DNA of 63,471 nucleotides, filler included, from Octopus bimaculoides (GCF_001194135.2; 6 parts of 6 records of this genome joined end to end with filler, not necessarily neighbours in it), one strand, 5' to 3'; positions 35,201-50,159 are shown, counted from the first letter of the whole stretch. Notes: generated from the letters alone by a model not told the origin. A program made the numbers and translations.

Positions 35201-35993
35201 ACGGCACTGGCATTTTGATTGGCCATGCACATCTCTTTGAAAATATAGCCGCCAAACTCAATCAGTGTGATGAAAGGCAGGAGAGAAATTGGTGTCGGAG
35301 ACGGGTGGAGGGGTGTGCGGTGGAGAAACGGGTTGGGGTGGCGGTGGCGGTATGAAAGGCGAGGTTTGGGATGGCGTTGTTTGAAAGAATGTGAATGAAG
35401 TTAGACAAACGAATGAATGAATAAGATGTAGTTTGATAACGAAAGAAGATAACTAAGCAATAGAATAAAGAAAGAAATTAAATGACAAATAAATGACAGA
35501 ATAGAAGACGGTGAGGTGGGAGGGGAGGGGAGTTGAAGAAAGAGAAAAGGATTTGGAAAAGGAAGAAGTGGAGGAGGAGGAGGAGGAGGAGAAGAAGGAA
35601 ACGGAAGGGATGAGGACAGGAAGAGGAATTTGGTAAAATAAACAAACAAAATGCCGAAGTGATGGAATGCAATGTAAAATATAAATTTGCCAAGTCCTAT
35701 TCAACAGTCTGATTGAAAACGGGAAGGTGTATCGACAGAAACAGCATTCCCATCGCATTCATCATCATCAGAATATTCCTCCTCCTCCTCCTTATTATCA
35801 TCATCCTTATCATCATAATCACCATCGTCATCGTCATCATAATCACCGTCATCGTCCTCCTTTTCAATCTCATCATCGGCGTCGTCGTGGTGTTCGTCAG
35901 CGGTACCACCACCATCTCCAGTATTATGATCGCTATAAATCGACAAGGGCCTCATCGATTTATAAAAAGGATTCGTACATTTGATATGTAAAG

Positions 35994-36026
<33 letters not shown>

Positions 36027-36549
36027 ATTCAGTCAATCTAACAATCTATTTATATTTTCTTGCTCTCTCCCCTCTCTCTCCCTATATACATAAATACATA
36101 TACATTAATACATACATACATACATATAATTATAATCTGTGTGTTTCTTTCTCTCTCTCTCTCTCGCCTCCTTCTCTCTCATTGTGCTTGTGCGCGGGTA
36201 TTGGTGTAGATATAAACATATATACACTTTTTGATGTGTGTATGGGTGGGTGGGATTGAGAGATAAAGAGTGAGAGAAACAGATAGCATACACTCTACAA
36301 CTGTGTATTTTTTGTTGTTGTTTTTTGATCTGCACATTCCGCGCCAATTCAAACAATTTGTAATATAAGGAAATTATTAACACGTATAAAAGCAGTGAAG
36401 TATAGGGAGAAAAATGCTTCCGTGTTATAAGAGAGAAACAAACGTAAAATACGAATGGATAAGATGAAATATTGCGAACGTAAAATATGGCAGGCAGGCA
36501 AGCAGACAGATAGATAGATAGATAAATAGATAGATAGAGAGCGAGAAAA

Positions 36550-36588
<39 letters not shown>

Positions 36589-36673
36589 GCGAAGAGAGAT
36601 AGAGTGTGAGAGAGACAGAGATGTAGAGAAATAGAGACGGATACAGAGATGAAGCGATACATAGATGTGTGTT

Positions 36674-36706
<33 letters not shown>

Positions 36707-36725
36707 GGAAGGCTGGATGAATGGT

Positions 36726-36762
<37 letters not shown>

Positions 36763-37381
36763 TGCAATAAACACTGGTAAGCAGAGATACAGGAATAAAC
36801 TAATAGAATAAGGTCAGGGAAAGATTGGGAGAGAAGACAGAGTGAATAATATAAAAGAGCTGATGGTGTGTTACAAGCAAACTGCAAAAATATATAGTGA
36901 GGAAATAGAGAGAATCAAAGTGTTCATGTGCGCGTGCACATGAGATGATTGTGCTTGTATCACTGTCTAGGTGTGTAAGAACATCACTGTTTATGTGCGC
37001 GCGTATATATATATATATATATNNNNNNNNNNNNNNNNNNNNNNNNNNNNNNNNNNNNNNNNNNNNNNNNNNNNNNNNNNNNNNNNNNNNNNNNNNNNNN
37101 NNNNNNNNNNNNNNNNNNNNNNNNNNNNNNNNNNNNNNNNNNNNNNNNNNNNNNNNNNNNNNNNNNNNNNNNNNNNNNNNNNNNNNNNNNNNNNNNNNNN
37201 NNNNNNNNNNNNNNNNNNNNNNNNNNNNNNNNNNNNNNNNNNNNNNNNNNNNNNNNNNNNNNNNNNNNNNNNNNNNNNNNNNNNNNNNNNNNNNNNNNNN
37301 NNNNNNNNNNNNNNNNNNNNNNNNNNNNNNNNNNNNNNNNNNNNNNNNNNNNNNNNNNNNNNNNNNNNNNNNNNNNNNNNN

Positions 37382-37418
<37 letters not shown>

Positions 37419-37792
37419 GTATATATGTTTGTGTGTGTATATATATATGTGTGTATGTGTGTGTGTGTGCAATTTGTGTTCAATTGCTTCTCGCTATGTA
37501 TCTCTCTTCCGTTCGCTCTCTCTCCCTCCCTTTCTAGTTCTCACGTTTTCTCTCTCTCTTTCTCTGTTTATACGACTGTTCTCTGTGTGTCTGTACGGTT
37601 GTGGTGAAAGTTATTAAAAACTGCTTTAGGCCCCTAACACATCTTAGCAGATTAAAAATACCAAAGAAAGGTATGAGAACCATATAACTATATAAGGAAT
37701 ACAATGTGTTAGAAACATGGGCCGACATGGGGAGAATAAAAAAAAAATCAGACGAAAGAAATAAACACACACAAACACACACNNNNNNNNNN

Positions 37793-37831
<39 letters not shown>

Positions 37832-40800
37832 TAGAACAAGATGGGCTCCAGGAAAGTAATTTCAATATGGACTTATAGGTAAAGCGCTGGGGATGGGTAA
37901 TACATGTAACTGGCAATAAGAGTCTGAGATACAGCAAAAAACAAATACGAAAACAACAGGAAATACAGAAACAAAATTGATAATCAAAATGGTGGCTAGC
38001 AAATGTGTGAGCGTGTACTTGTATGTATATACACACACGCACGTGCACGCGTACACACACGTACGCACGCACACACATATTGTACTTCAGTTGAGAAATA
38101 TACTATAAGTGATTCTAAAAGACCAATCGTAATATTTTTTGTGTTGGTGCGAGTGTGTAAGAGAGAGAGAGAGAGGAAGTGTTTGTGTGAAAGAGAGAGT
38201 TTGGGTGCGAGAAAGAAAGAGAGAGAGAGAGTACGTGCTCGAGAGAAAGAGTGTGTGTATGAGTGAGAGTGCGTGTGCGAGAGACAGAGAGAGAGAGAAT
38301 GTGTGTGTGTGTGTGTGTGTGNNNNNNNNNNNNNNNNNNNNNNNNNNNNNNNNNNNNNNNNNNNNNNNNNNNNNNNNNNNNNNNNNNNNNNNNNNNNNNN
38401 NNNNNNNNNNNNNNNNNNNNNNNNNNNNNNNNNNNNNNNNNNNNNNNNNNNNNNNNNNNNNNNNNNNNNNNNNNNNNNNNNNNNNNNNNNNGCGAGAGAG
38501 AGAGAGAGAGAGAGAGAATGTGTGTGTGTGTGTGCGTGTGTGTGCTCGCAAGTGTGTGTTTGTGGGTTTGTTAACATTTTATATAATTCTTTTCTACTCT
38601 AGGCATAAGGCCCGAAATTTTTGGGGAGGGGGGCCAGTCGATTAGATCGACCCCAGTACGCAACTGGTACTTAATTTTTTGACCCCGAAAGTATGAAAGC
38701 CATTTAGGCTGAGAGTCCACGAACACTTACTCTTGAATGGCACGGCACGTCAGTCCGTCACTGCGTAAACCTGCATGCATCATTAGTGATCATTTGATGC
38801 TGTGCACATATGTGTACTGAATCACCGTTAAATAAAATGCCTTGCTCAAATATACAACGTGCCATCTGGTCCTAGATTCGAACCCCTGACCTTCGTGATC
38901 GTTAACGCAACAAGCCAACCACTAGGTCACTTGCTTTCACATGTTATAAGATGGGGATGCTAATGTAGTCTGATATGATGATATAAGATTCTGTTACATG
39001 CTACTGACTGGTAATCGTGGTGAAAAGTTATCTTTAAGTCTTCTTCTATTACTTTCCAATTAAATTTGGATTATACCCGGACCAAAGTGGGTATTTACAG
39101 CATTTTGATTTACGTTTCATCTGACAATCATATGTACTAAGCACCCTGCTGCTTCACAACGCATAAATGTGTACATGTTTTTATCTCTTTACACACACAC
39201 AAACACACACACATACACGGATGCGTACAAGTGCAATAATCTATTAAGTATCCTGTATTTGATATCCGTATTTCTTTACATTCGTGTGAATATCTCCGTA
39301 CGTACTCGGGTTTTCCTCCGCACCCCTTCCAAATTAGAAACACGCATCATACCACGCTACACTCAATCAGATGTTCATACTCACATATATGGTTATCTTT
39401 GTATTCGTGTCCATATGCATAGCTGTGTCTGAGGGTAAGACAAAGAGCATTCATAATTATTTAAATCCAAAAGATTTGGCTGTGCAATCAATATATCTAG
39501 TTGCAGTTAGACATGGAATAAGCTGACGTTTGGTTTATGTGCATCTAAGACTACATTATCCAGCACACACATTTCTTTTCAAGCTGGTACTGTATGATAT
39601 GATGGCGGTGAAGGTGACGGGTTATTGGTTACGTTGGTGAGCTCTTGGTTGGAATATAGATTTGATCTCAGGACCATATACCATCCTTCTTGAGTAAGAA
39701 TTGCATCTGCTTAAGAGTAGCATCCCGCGGACAGTTAGTCATACGCCTTTTAAATACAAGATATCGACAGCCATTGATGGTTATCGCACACTTGAAGTTG
39801 GTGTAATGGTTGAAATTAGTTTGTTATAAATAATTAAAGGACAAAACCTACCGACTAATCTTCGTGAAAACTGTCGGAGGTGGATAAAATATCAAACATG
39901 AGGTCACTGCCCGAAAGATTATTCTGCAAATTTCAACAGTTTTGCAAGAACTGTGATTTCTAAATAACTCTTTCTTTCTATCTTTCTTTCTTTCTCTCTT
40001 TCTTTCTCGATTTCTCTCTTTCTTTCTCGATTTCTTTCTTTCTTTCTTCTTCTTCTCTCTCTCTCTCTCTCTCTCCCCTTCTCTCTCACTTTCTCTCCAC
40101 ACATACACAAAGTAGTCAACCCATTCTTATTATCTGTTTAGAGTCGTTTATTTAGTATTTATTTTTTTAAACTGAAAATAAATTTTACCGTTTTATTAGC
40201 AGCAATATCAAAGATGAAGGCATTGTTGAATACTTGATCCACGCGATACAAGAACTGAGGTTGATGTGATTATGCACATCCAATCAAACATAGTGCTTAT
40301 ATTGATTTTTAAAATAAGCACAATCACCTATCAAGTGATTTATATTCTTACCTGTTATTTGAGTGTAAAACTGATTATAGCGATCCAATACCTGACATGG
40401 ACTCTACTCCAGGTGACTCAGAATATTCTGAGTGGTCACTAATTTGTAATAGTGCTGAAGTGGATTCACCAATGTGGTGAACCATCGAATAATGCGTGAG
40501 CGATACCGTCCGGTGCACCCGCTTAGCGACGGACATGATTTATTTATTTACCTCCATAAAAATGCAAAGTAAAATTGACTTTGGTGGAATACGAAATCAG
40601 AACACAAGGTACCATAACTAAATACTACAATCAACTACCTTTACCCTACTAATAGAAACCATTAAAAACAATATATTTATTCTATTACAATGCAATTTTA
40701 TCATTACTATCATTATTTCATTTCCAACCTACATCTCCTCTCCAATTGTGAATGATAATCATTTCAAATTTTGTTGCTTCTCTTTCTGTTCTATTTTCAA

Positions 40801-42559
40801 TATATCATTGTATTTCAATTAAATGTGATCAATATTTTAACCCAATTACAACCAAAATCATTGACCTAGATATTGCTATCAATGTTTCTCGTGTTTAAAA
40901 CATTATTTCGACGTGTTGATTCTATTAACGCCGACGTCCTACTATTTTTAGTATCAGTTTCATCATTGCTGTTGTTACTATGCATTCTATTAACATTTTA
41001 TACTTTTTTTTATACAACATGTTGATATTTTGGTAACGGTTGCTTTGGCAACAACATTAGAGAAGCGGGAAAAGATATCTTGAATCATTTACTTATGATT
41101 CTTTCCTATCTAAGTTCAAACCCCAATTGCGAACGACTTCACTTTCTTTCTTAAATAGTTGATAAAATAATAATAATAATAATAATATTAATAATAATAA
41201 TAATAACGTTAATAATAATATATTTTAAAAAGGATTGACGTAACTTTTCAAAAAGGTAAACAGTCAAGACGAAGAGCGCGATTCGATTGCAAGGTATTTT
41301 ATTAGTTGAACGATATTTCAACAGAACGTCGGTCTTTGTCAAGTTCTCTCAAATTGAATGATTTTGGCTAATTTAATGTACTTTGTTATCTTCAGTTATG
41401 AGACAAGTCCGCGTCTATGACCATTTAGCAGGTTATTCGATGCTATCAGGAGGGAAGAAGGTAACTTCCGCCCTCCTTCCCTGCCTGGAATGATTGCAAA
41501 AGCGGACTCCCATTAATACACCCAAGATACCAGTTGGTTTTAAGCTAGATTACGGATTTTAATCCACCACCCATCATTATTGTTTTAAATTTATGATAGC
41601 AATATTTAGTTGTTTTCCTGTAGAAATAGCACATTGCTGAACTATGAGAATTGCAATGATTTGTTACACTATAAAAGCATGGGGATATACTGGCGTTGAT
41701 TCATCAGACTTTATGTCTTGCTTAAGAAAATCTGCGATGTGCCAAAACGGAGAAAGGATTCACCATCATAGTCGTTTGATTGCAATACCTGGTAGTATTA
41801 ATTATATTCCAGCAAAGCCATTTTCTTAATTATTGTTCCTTACGAGGTCAGGTAATTGGTTGTGGCCATCGGTGGGTTTCGAACCTCTAAACACAATTTG
41901 AACTCAGAATGTAAATAATAATAAAACCAATCTAAATTGATACATCGAAGCGTTCCGTCTGACGTTGTATAGTATTTCATCTAATCCATCGTCCTATTCT
42001 GTTTCTTTATTTATCGAGCATGAAAGAATATAACACAAAGATGGCTTCAGCGTGATATCGTACGCGGCAATCTCTCCAATGTCATAACAGGTATATGAAG
42101 GCGGCGGTGGTGGTGGTGGTGGTGATGGTGGTGATGATAAAGATGATAAGGACGCCGAAAAGAAGGTGGTGGCAGTTGGTAACAATGGAAAATATGCTGA
42201 TGGTGATGATCATCAGTATCATCATGATGAATGGGAGGAGACGGAGGTGGCAGGGGATGTCAACTATTGATCCCCAGAGTCGTATTAACATGCCTTCTGC
42301 ATCTTTCCTTCTATGAGAATGCCAGTGTGTCAGAAATGTGTGTGCATACGACTATGATTGTGTTTAGGTATGGCTAGGGTGAGAGTTTCTGTTTGCGTTT
42401 CTGTGTGAACGTCTGTATATAAAAGGGCGTTTATCTAGCTTTCGGAATTATTGCATCTATCGCTATAGGCATGTATATGCATGGATGCCTGTATGTAAAT
42501 ATGTCTGTACACACACAAACACACACACATACACACACCTACAAATCTGTGCGTGTGTT

Positions 42560-42561
42560 AG

Positions 42562-42610
<49 letters not shown>

Positions 42611-42696
42611 ATATGTATGTGCATATATATGTGTATCTGTATGTATGTATAAATATGTGTATGCATATATATATATTATATATATGTATCTGTATC

Positions 42697-42735
<39 letters not shown>

Positions 42736-42772
42736 GTGTATGTATGTATGTATGTGTATGTATGTATATTTG

Positions 42773-42808
<36 letters not shown>

Positions 42809-42930
42809 TGTGTGTATGTATGTGTATATGCATGTGTATGTATATATATACATGTGTTTGTATGTGTATATATGAGTATGTGTGTGTATATATATATATG
42901 TATTACGTGTGTGTACGTGTGTGTGTGTGT
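42560..42930. repeat. (TA)n/(TATG)n/(TG)n compound microsatellite
   Basis: Read directly. Confidence 0.9.
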
Positions 42931-43223
42931 AGTCTCAACATGGGAACGAGGGAGTTGACACAAGGACAGAACTAAGGAATATTTCATGAACAAAATGTTT
43001 AGATTCGGACAGGAATGCAATATTTCGATTCCCCGTATCTTAAATCCGTTTGGATTCCCTCCGCCTACATTTACGAGCGCCCTTCACACACCCACGCTCC
43101 CTTCTCAGCTGCTTCCAGCTTAGAAGTGTAGAAACTGCATGAATCACCTTGTTGGGGCGATCAACGACCGATGCATGACCTGGCTTCTCACTAGATACCT
43201 TTACCATGATAGAGAGATGATGG

Positions 43224-43295
<72 letters not shown>

Positions 43296-44394
43296 ATGTA
43301 TGTATATAAACATACGGAATGAGTAATAATATCTTCTTAGGCTATGATGTATGTCCTTTCAAGGTATTTGCGCCAGCTCATATACATATGTATACGCATT
43401 CACAGATGCATGCATGATGCGTACAAACATATATATGTAAATGAATGTGCGGACGTGTTAACGTTGCTGTTATATGAGAAAACGGATTGCATGAGATGGA
43501 AAAGAAGTAGCAATGTTAGAGAAAGAGAGAGAAGGGGAGAGAGTGAGATACAGCAAGAAGGACGTGGGCTTTAAGAATTATATACCTATGTGTGTGTTTG
43601 TGTCCATGCAAGTGCGTGTTTCTGAAGAAATGAAGAGGAAGGAGAAGACAGAAAGAGGAAAAGCTGTGAATGAGTTATCGCCGGAGAAAAGGAGAAAATG
43701 TGTAGGAGAGAAGAAAAGGAGAACGATGGAGCCCTACAGAGGGGGGAGAATGAAAATAGATCATGGGTCGGTGGAGGGGTGATTTGTGTAAGAAGGGCCA
43801 AAAAGTGACAAACTGACAGACTAACAGTGAGACAAGGAGACAAGCAGATATATGAAAAGAAATGGCTTTAACGGTCATTCCTATTACCAAAAACTGCAGA
43901 ACATACGTTTGGTTCTATTTTGATCCTTTCCACAGAAAATATTCTTTAGGTCTTCATCTTAACGTTGTTGTTTTTCTTCCTAAGTATTTTTTGCTGTTTC
44001 AGATTTTCTGCATATAGATTCATCTCACATGTTATAGCGAGTCTCTCACCGACTTTAGCCCTTCGTACATCCTATCATCGTAGACCTCTTTCTCTCTCTC
44101 GACTCCTCCCAGTCTTTAACCATATACCTATCTCTTATGTATGTATGTATGTATGTATGTATGTATTCATGTACGTATGGATGGTTTTATGCATGTATGG
44201 ATATGAATATGCGTTAAACAATTTCTCACTTTATCGACATAATATAAATTTGTGAGCATTATTTTACCGAGCATTTCTGTACAGCCCTGCCTATGTACAA
44301 TTATCTTTGTATATATTTTTAAAAATACCTTATCTATCTGTCAGTCAGCTTGTCTGTTGAAGAGCGTAAGCTCGAAACATCAAAGCCGTGTGAG

Positions 44395-44680
44395 TTGATT
44401 GGGTAGACTGAAACTGAAAGAAGCCCGTCGTATAACTATATATATATATATATGAGTGTGTGTGTGTGTATGTTTGTGTGTCTGTGTTTGACACCCCACC
44501 ATCGCTTGACAACCGACGTTGGTGTGTTTACGTCCCTGTAATATAGCGGTTTGGCGAAAGAGACCGATAGAGTAAGTACTAGGCTTACAAAGAATAAGTC
44601 CTGGGGTCGATTTGTTCGACTAAAGGTGGCGCTCCAGCATGGCGGCAGTCATATGACTGAAACAAATAAAAGAATAAATG
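44395..44680 (+). mobile_element. Family-A SINE, 3' two-thirds
   Basis: GAAACTGAAAGAAGCCCGTCG...GCTCCAGCATGGCGGCAGTCATATGACTGAAACAA. Confidence 0.8.
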
Positions 44681-44692
44681 AATATATATATA

Positions 44693-44792
44693 NNNNNNNN
44701 NNNNNNNNNNNNNNNNNNNNNNNNNNNNNNNNNNNNTTAATTAATTAANNNNNNNNNNNNNNNNNNNNNNNNNNNNNNNNNNNNNNNNNNNN
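44693..44792. other. Artificial scaffold-join spacer
   Basis: 44 N + TTAATTAATTAA + 44 N. Confidence 0.95.
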
Positions 44793-44856
<64 letters not shown>

Positions 44857-45477
44857 TTGGTTTTTCGTTAAACATGCAGCCTTACTTTATATGATCTTGT
44901 ATCGTATCCATTTACGGTTTTCTATCTAATTTGATAAACAGTTCATATTTTAGATATTATATTTTTTTATTTGTAGCACTTGTGACGCTGTATGTAGCCT
45001 TAAAAAATACAATTTTTAAACCATTAACGAACGCACAGCATCCGCTCAATCATGCATGATACATTTTCGAGTGAAAACACTTGTGACGCTGCATGTAGCC
45101 TTAGAAATATGGTTTTATCATTAGAAACCACACAGCGCTCACTCAATCATACATCAAAGGAGCAGAGTATCAATTAATTTCACAGTTACAATATATCGTT
45201 TACGCTGGTTAGACTTCTCTTTTTTTTTTTTTTTCAGATCATTTTATAAGTTGTTTAGGTGTATATTTATTTGATTTTATGTATACATGCAAAAAAGTAA
45301 TTCATTATTTTGATATATCACACACAAATAGCATACATGTGTGTATGTATGTATGTATATATTGTACAAACACACACAAACACAAACACATATATGAGGG
45401 AGTCGATTATTGCTTATTTCATTAATTGTTGCATTAATATTTTCTTTCTCTCTCACTTCCTCTCTTCCTTTCTCTCA

Positions 45478-45557
<80 letters not shown>

Positions 45558-45591
45558 NNNNNNNNNNNNNNNNNNNNNNNNNNNNNNNNNN

Positions 45592-45638
<47 letters not shown>

Positions 45639-46151
45639 CACACACACACACACACACACACATTTGTATGTATGTATGAGTGTGTGCGCGAGCGTAATAT
45701 ATCAAAATAAACCGTCTGACTTAAGGGCATCCAAAGCGCTTAATGTTAAGAAACATCAGTGGATGCTTTTACCGTCATTCAATCTGCTTATACACGTGTC
45801 AGCATATCAACAACCAGAGCAACCTCAGACTCGATGCAGGGGAAACTGATATAGAAAACATGCGCGCGCGCATAAGTTTTTCTATCTTAAAATATGGCCA
45901 TATGTTACGATCTCTCTGATGACGTGGGTCTTGTAACAACAGGCCATGTTATAGAAAGGTGATAAATGCCAGAGTGGCCTTAGTTTATACAATTTAGTTT
46001 CTTCTTATTGTAGATTACTCCAACCACCAGATCGAAATCTATTTACGTGTCAGTCTCTCCATTTATCTACGTAACTGTATGTCTATCTAATTATGTGTGT
46101 ACATGTGTGTGTGAATGTATGTACATAGAGATTTCATATTCTCTGTTTCAG

Positions 46152-46235
46152 ATGAACGCTGTCTACCAACACGGATCTTTAGGAATGAAAATTGAAGTTG
46201 TCCTAAAACGAATTGTTGTCTTGGAGGAGCGGGAG
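46152..46235 (+). CDS. ADAMTS3: ADAMTS2/3/14-clade metalloprotease, catalytic-domain exon (upstream exons not found)
   Basis: GTTTCAG| MNAVYQHGSLGMKIEVVLKRIVVLEERE |GTAATT; 84 bp, phase 0 to 0. The symbol stands for the 2/3/14 clade, not a specific paralogue. Confidence 0.8.
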
Positions 46236-46330
46236 GTAATTTATATGCTTATTTTCCTTTTTCTAATATCTCACTTTCTTTCTTCTTTTTCTTCTTTCTT
46301 TATATGCATGCATACGTACATATATACATT

Positions 46331-46367
<37 letters not shown>

Positions 46368-47749
46368 ACATATATATAGTTATAATTACTGACAGTTTTA
46401 TATGTAGCTATAACTATAACTGTGGTGTATCAGTTATGTTTCCAACTCGTCAAAACAAACTTCGCGAAGTGTCTACACTTATTGAACATCTCTGATCTTG
46501 CTTTTAAATACCCAAGTTTTATTAAGATTTACAACTGTAAAAATTTTGTCAGAATTACATAATCTACAGTTGTAATTCCTTTTTATACGCCTTGTGTATA
46601 TCGAAGAGCCTCTATTTTGTATATACTGCGTTCTTTCAGTAGACAAACATAGTTGAATGATTTGATTAATATCCCCTTAACTCTTTGCATGAAGGAGAAA
46701 GTCTCATTAAAATACTGCTACTTAAATGTATCCTTCTCAGTTTCGACATAATGTTCACATTCGGTATCGAGACTTACAAGGTTTGTGGGGATGATCTTCG
46801 TATCATAAATAATTGCTTCGGCGTCGTTTAGATGGTATGCGAATTTGTTTCTGCACGAACAATTTACCATGCTTGCTTCTACTCCGATGAATTGTGATAA
46901 GTTTTGGTTTTTCTTTTTTAATATCGAAAATTCTACTATATTTCTATAGTATTCTATTCTATAGTATACTATTCTACTATACTTTTAAGTTTTTTCTATT
47001 AAATAATTTCCTATAACGATAATCATAGGGGAAATGCATGTTCGTTAAAATTAAGAAATTCGTTGCTATGACAGCATAGCGATGATGTGAACCAGGTAAT
47101 ATTAAAAGATACCCTGTTTATAGGTACCACGAAATTAAGGATAAATTTAATTATATCTAGCTTCTAATAAGTTACTGTAGCATCTCTGTCGAAGAGTTTT
47201 CTTATTAGGCTACAGGTCTGTACATATATATANNNNNNNNNNNNNNNNNNNNNNNNNNNNNNNNNNNNNNNNNNNNNNNNNNNNNNNNNNNNNNNNNNNN
47301 NNNNNNNNNNNNNNNNNNNNNNNATATATATATATATATATATACGACGGGCTACCACACAGTTTTCGTCTACCAAATTCATTCACAAAGCATTGCTTGG
47401 CCCGGGCTAATAGTAAAAGACCTCTAAGAGAATAGACCTCTAAGGAGCAGTTCTGTAGGACTGAACGCGAAACCGCATGACTCCAAAGCGAGTTTCTTAG
47501 CCACTGTTATGCATTCCCCTAGACGTAGAAATATTTTCTACTCATACTATATATGCTGCTGATTTAATGCCCTTGTGCAACCATACATCTCTGTGTCAGT
47601 ATATTCTCTATTTTCCTCATTCCAAGACTCTCTTTCTTTTCCCCTTTCAGGCTCTGAATCTGTTCCTTCTATCCTCTTCTGTATTTAATGTCGTTGCTGA
47701 AGTATTTTTGCTTTCTTTTTGACCGTTCTTTCTTTTGTTTAATCTCTAG

Positions 47750-47897
47750 ACTAGAGACATCATAAGCGAGGGTAATGCTCAGGCGACACTCGACCGCTTC
47801 TGTCAGTGGTCCACCAAGAAATATCATGAGAACCGCGGAACTGACACCAGTTACGATCTAGCAATTTTCATAACCAAGAGAAACATTGGACCTGCTG
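47750..47897 (+). CDS. ADAMTS3: ADAMTS2/3/14-clade exon
   Basis: CTCTAG| TRDIISEGNAQATLDRFCQWSTKKYHENRGTDTSYDLAIFITKRNIGPA |GTGAG; phase 0 to 1. Confidence 0.88.
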
Positions 47898-47949
47898 GTG
47901 AGAACATACCTATTACTTATTGGCAACAACAGTGATAGCAGCAGCAGCA

Positions 47950-48270
47950 GCTGCAATTTGTTTGTCTCTTTTGCATACGTTTTTCATTAGAGTCGTAGGT
48001 ACACACACACACGCATACATATATACATACATATATGCATACATACATATATGCATACATACATACATGCATGCATGCATACATGCATATATACAAGCAT
48101 GCATACATGCATGAATACATACATATATACATACATGCATACATGCATACATACATATATACATACATACATACATACAAACATGCATACATAATAAATA
48201 CATACATACATACACGCATACATACATACATTCATGCATGCATCCATGCATACATACATACATAGAAAAC
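47950..48270. repeat. (TACA/TGCA)n degenerate tetranucleotide tract
   Basis: Read directly. Confidence 0.85.
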
Positions 48271-49073
48271 ATTGCAAATATTCTCCATCTGAGATTCTCA
48301 TGTGAATAGATGCACGCACTTGGGTGTATGCGTCAACAGCTCAACCAAAACACCAACTCAACCAAAACACCAACTCAACCACATATTTACAAACACCAGG
48401 AACTCCCTTAGCTCAAAATGTCTTATTGCTTTGTGAGCGACGGAAACTGAAAGAAGTCCATTGTCGATGATTCATATCGTCGTTCAATGCTCGAAATGAG
48501 GGGTAGATGGACTGCCGACAACTGATGAAGGGTCGTTCTTTATGTTACTTGTCCTCTTTTCCATTTGCTTCTCTCGTTGTTTGCATATTCAACACATTTG
48601 TTTTCGTATTTCATGTTGTTTACAGTTTGTGGCGTCCTGTACTCATATACATATATATATATATANNNNNNNNNNNNNNNNNNNNNNNNNNNNNNNNNNN
48701 NNNNNNNNNNNNNNNNNNATATGCATGTATATATCTATTTTTGTGTGTCTTTGTATCTGTGTTTTTTCCCACCACCGCTTGATAACCGTTGTTGGAATGA
48801 TTACGCCCCTATAACCTAACGGTTCGCCAAAAAGACCGATAGAATGAGTGCCAGGCCTAGCAAAAAATAATAATAATAATAAGTACTGGGATCGATTCAT
48901 TGGACTAAAAATATCCTTCAATGTGGTGCCCCAGTATAGCCGCATTCTAATGAGTGAAAGAAGTAAAAGATAAAAGAATGAAAATCGTGGTTGTAGGTTC
49001 AAATTCGGCTCTTTCCATGCTACACATATCGCACATTTTACTTTTGTTTTTCAATTTGTTTTTCCTTTTTTAG

Positions 49074-49179
49074 GTTATGCTCCAGTTACTGGTATGTGCA
49101 GACCTCACAGAAGCTGTTCCATCAACAAAGATGACGGCTTAACGTCCGCTTTTATCGTGTCTCATGAAGCTGCGCATGT
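49074..49179 (+). CDS. ADAMTS3: ADAMTS2/3/14-clade exon with the first half of the zinc-binding motif
   Basis: TTTTAG| [35 protein letters not shown](V) |GTAAGT; GYAPVTGMC is the procollagen N-proteinase clade signature. Confidence 0.95.
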
Positions 49180-49353
49180 GTAAGTACGAATCTGTTACTT
49201 GTTGCTGTTGTTGTTTAAACCAGAGGGAACCCCTAACCCAATGTTTTCCAACTCATTTTTCCTCAGGCCTCACCATAACTTTCCAGAAAAATGTGTACCC
49301 CACCGGTGAAATACCCTTAAAGATATATCTACACCAGGACACTAGAATAGCAT

Positions 49354-49590
49354 AAGGCGGCGAGCTGGCAGAAACGTTAGCATGCCGGGCGAAATGCTTA
49401 GCGGTTTTTCGTCTGCCGTTACGTTCTGAGTTCAAATTCCGCCGAGGTCGACTTTGCCTTCCATCCTTTCGTGGTTGATTAAATAAGTACCAGTTACACA
49501 CTGGGGTCAATATAATCGACTTAATCTGTTTATCTGTCCTTGTTTGTCCCCTCTGTGTGTAGCCCTTTATGGTCAGTAAAGAAATAAGAA
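49354..49590 (+). mobile_element. SINE family B, full length
   Basis: Motif alignment; AGAATAGC on both flanks (49344 and 49587) is a possible TSD. Confidence 0.88.
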
Positions 49591-50159
49591 TAGCGTTATA
49601 CTGTAGCAAACAGTTTTCACACAGTATGGTTGGCAGAAGGGGTTGGTTTGGCTAGGCTGAGAATAGGTGTGGTATTTTCGCTGTGAAAAAAAGATTTTCC
49701 CATTTCCATGTCCCACTGTAAACAAAAAAGAAAAAAATTTAGATCCCACGCTCCACCACAATTTTCCCTGGCCCCACTGGTGGGACGTATGCCCCACGTT
49801 AGGAGAATAACTGCACTAACTCTAGCCCCAACCTTAACTCTAACGCTATCTCCATGATCAAAAACATCCCAGACATTACAATTCAGTTTTTATCCAAGCC
49901 TCAGTGTCCAATATGTCAGCTGGCATCGAGCAGACCTATAATCAAAGGCGTTCTAACCGTGAGCAGCCAGTCTTTTCTCAAGTTACTGTTCACCCAGCAC
50001 TACATTATCTATGATCCTTTTTGAGATATGTTCAGTGAGATATAAGGGAGATTTTGCTGTTATTTCTAGAATATCGAGGTACCTCGTTTAGGTACCTTCG
50101 TTTATCCTTTATATCTCAGCGATGTACTGGGAATAGATTCAGATATCGTTTAAAATACA

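Noticed and set aside
34631-35261. Acidic ORF (EEEDGDGDDEDEEE...) and Ser-, His- or Phe-rich ORFs in other frames
   Set aside because: Degenerate GAT/GAA microsatellite, open in many frames, with no convincing splice sites or domain.
35703-35991. His/Arg-rich ORF with RRRR as a possible ADAMTS prodomain or furin-site exon
   Set aside because: Low complexity, ends in a stop with no good donor, and all frames give equally plausible text.
41396-41460. Possible 65-bp exon (TTCAG|...AAG|GTAACT; MRQVRVYDHLAGYSMLSGGKK)
   Set aside because: Splice signals are reasonable but the peptide resembles neither ABCB NBD nor ADAMTS, and no partner exons were found.
44977-45155. 101-bp imperfect tandem duplication preceded by an acceptor-like TTTGTAG
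   Set aside because: All frames hit stops before a usable donor, so it is not the missing ADAMTS exon.
45925-45960. CTGATGACGTGGG as a hammerhead core
   Set aside because: No GAAA or closing stems.
48505-48560. CTGATGAAGGG as a hammerhead core
   Set aside because: No downstream GAAA or stem II partner.
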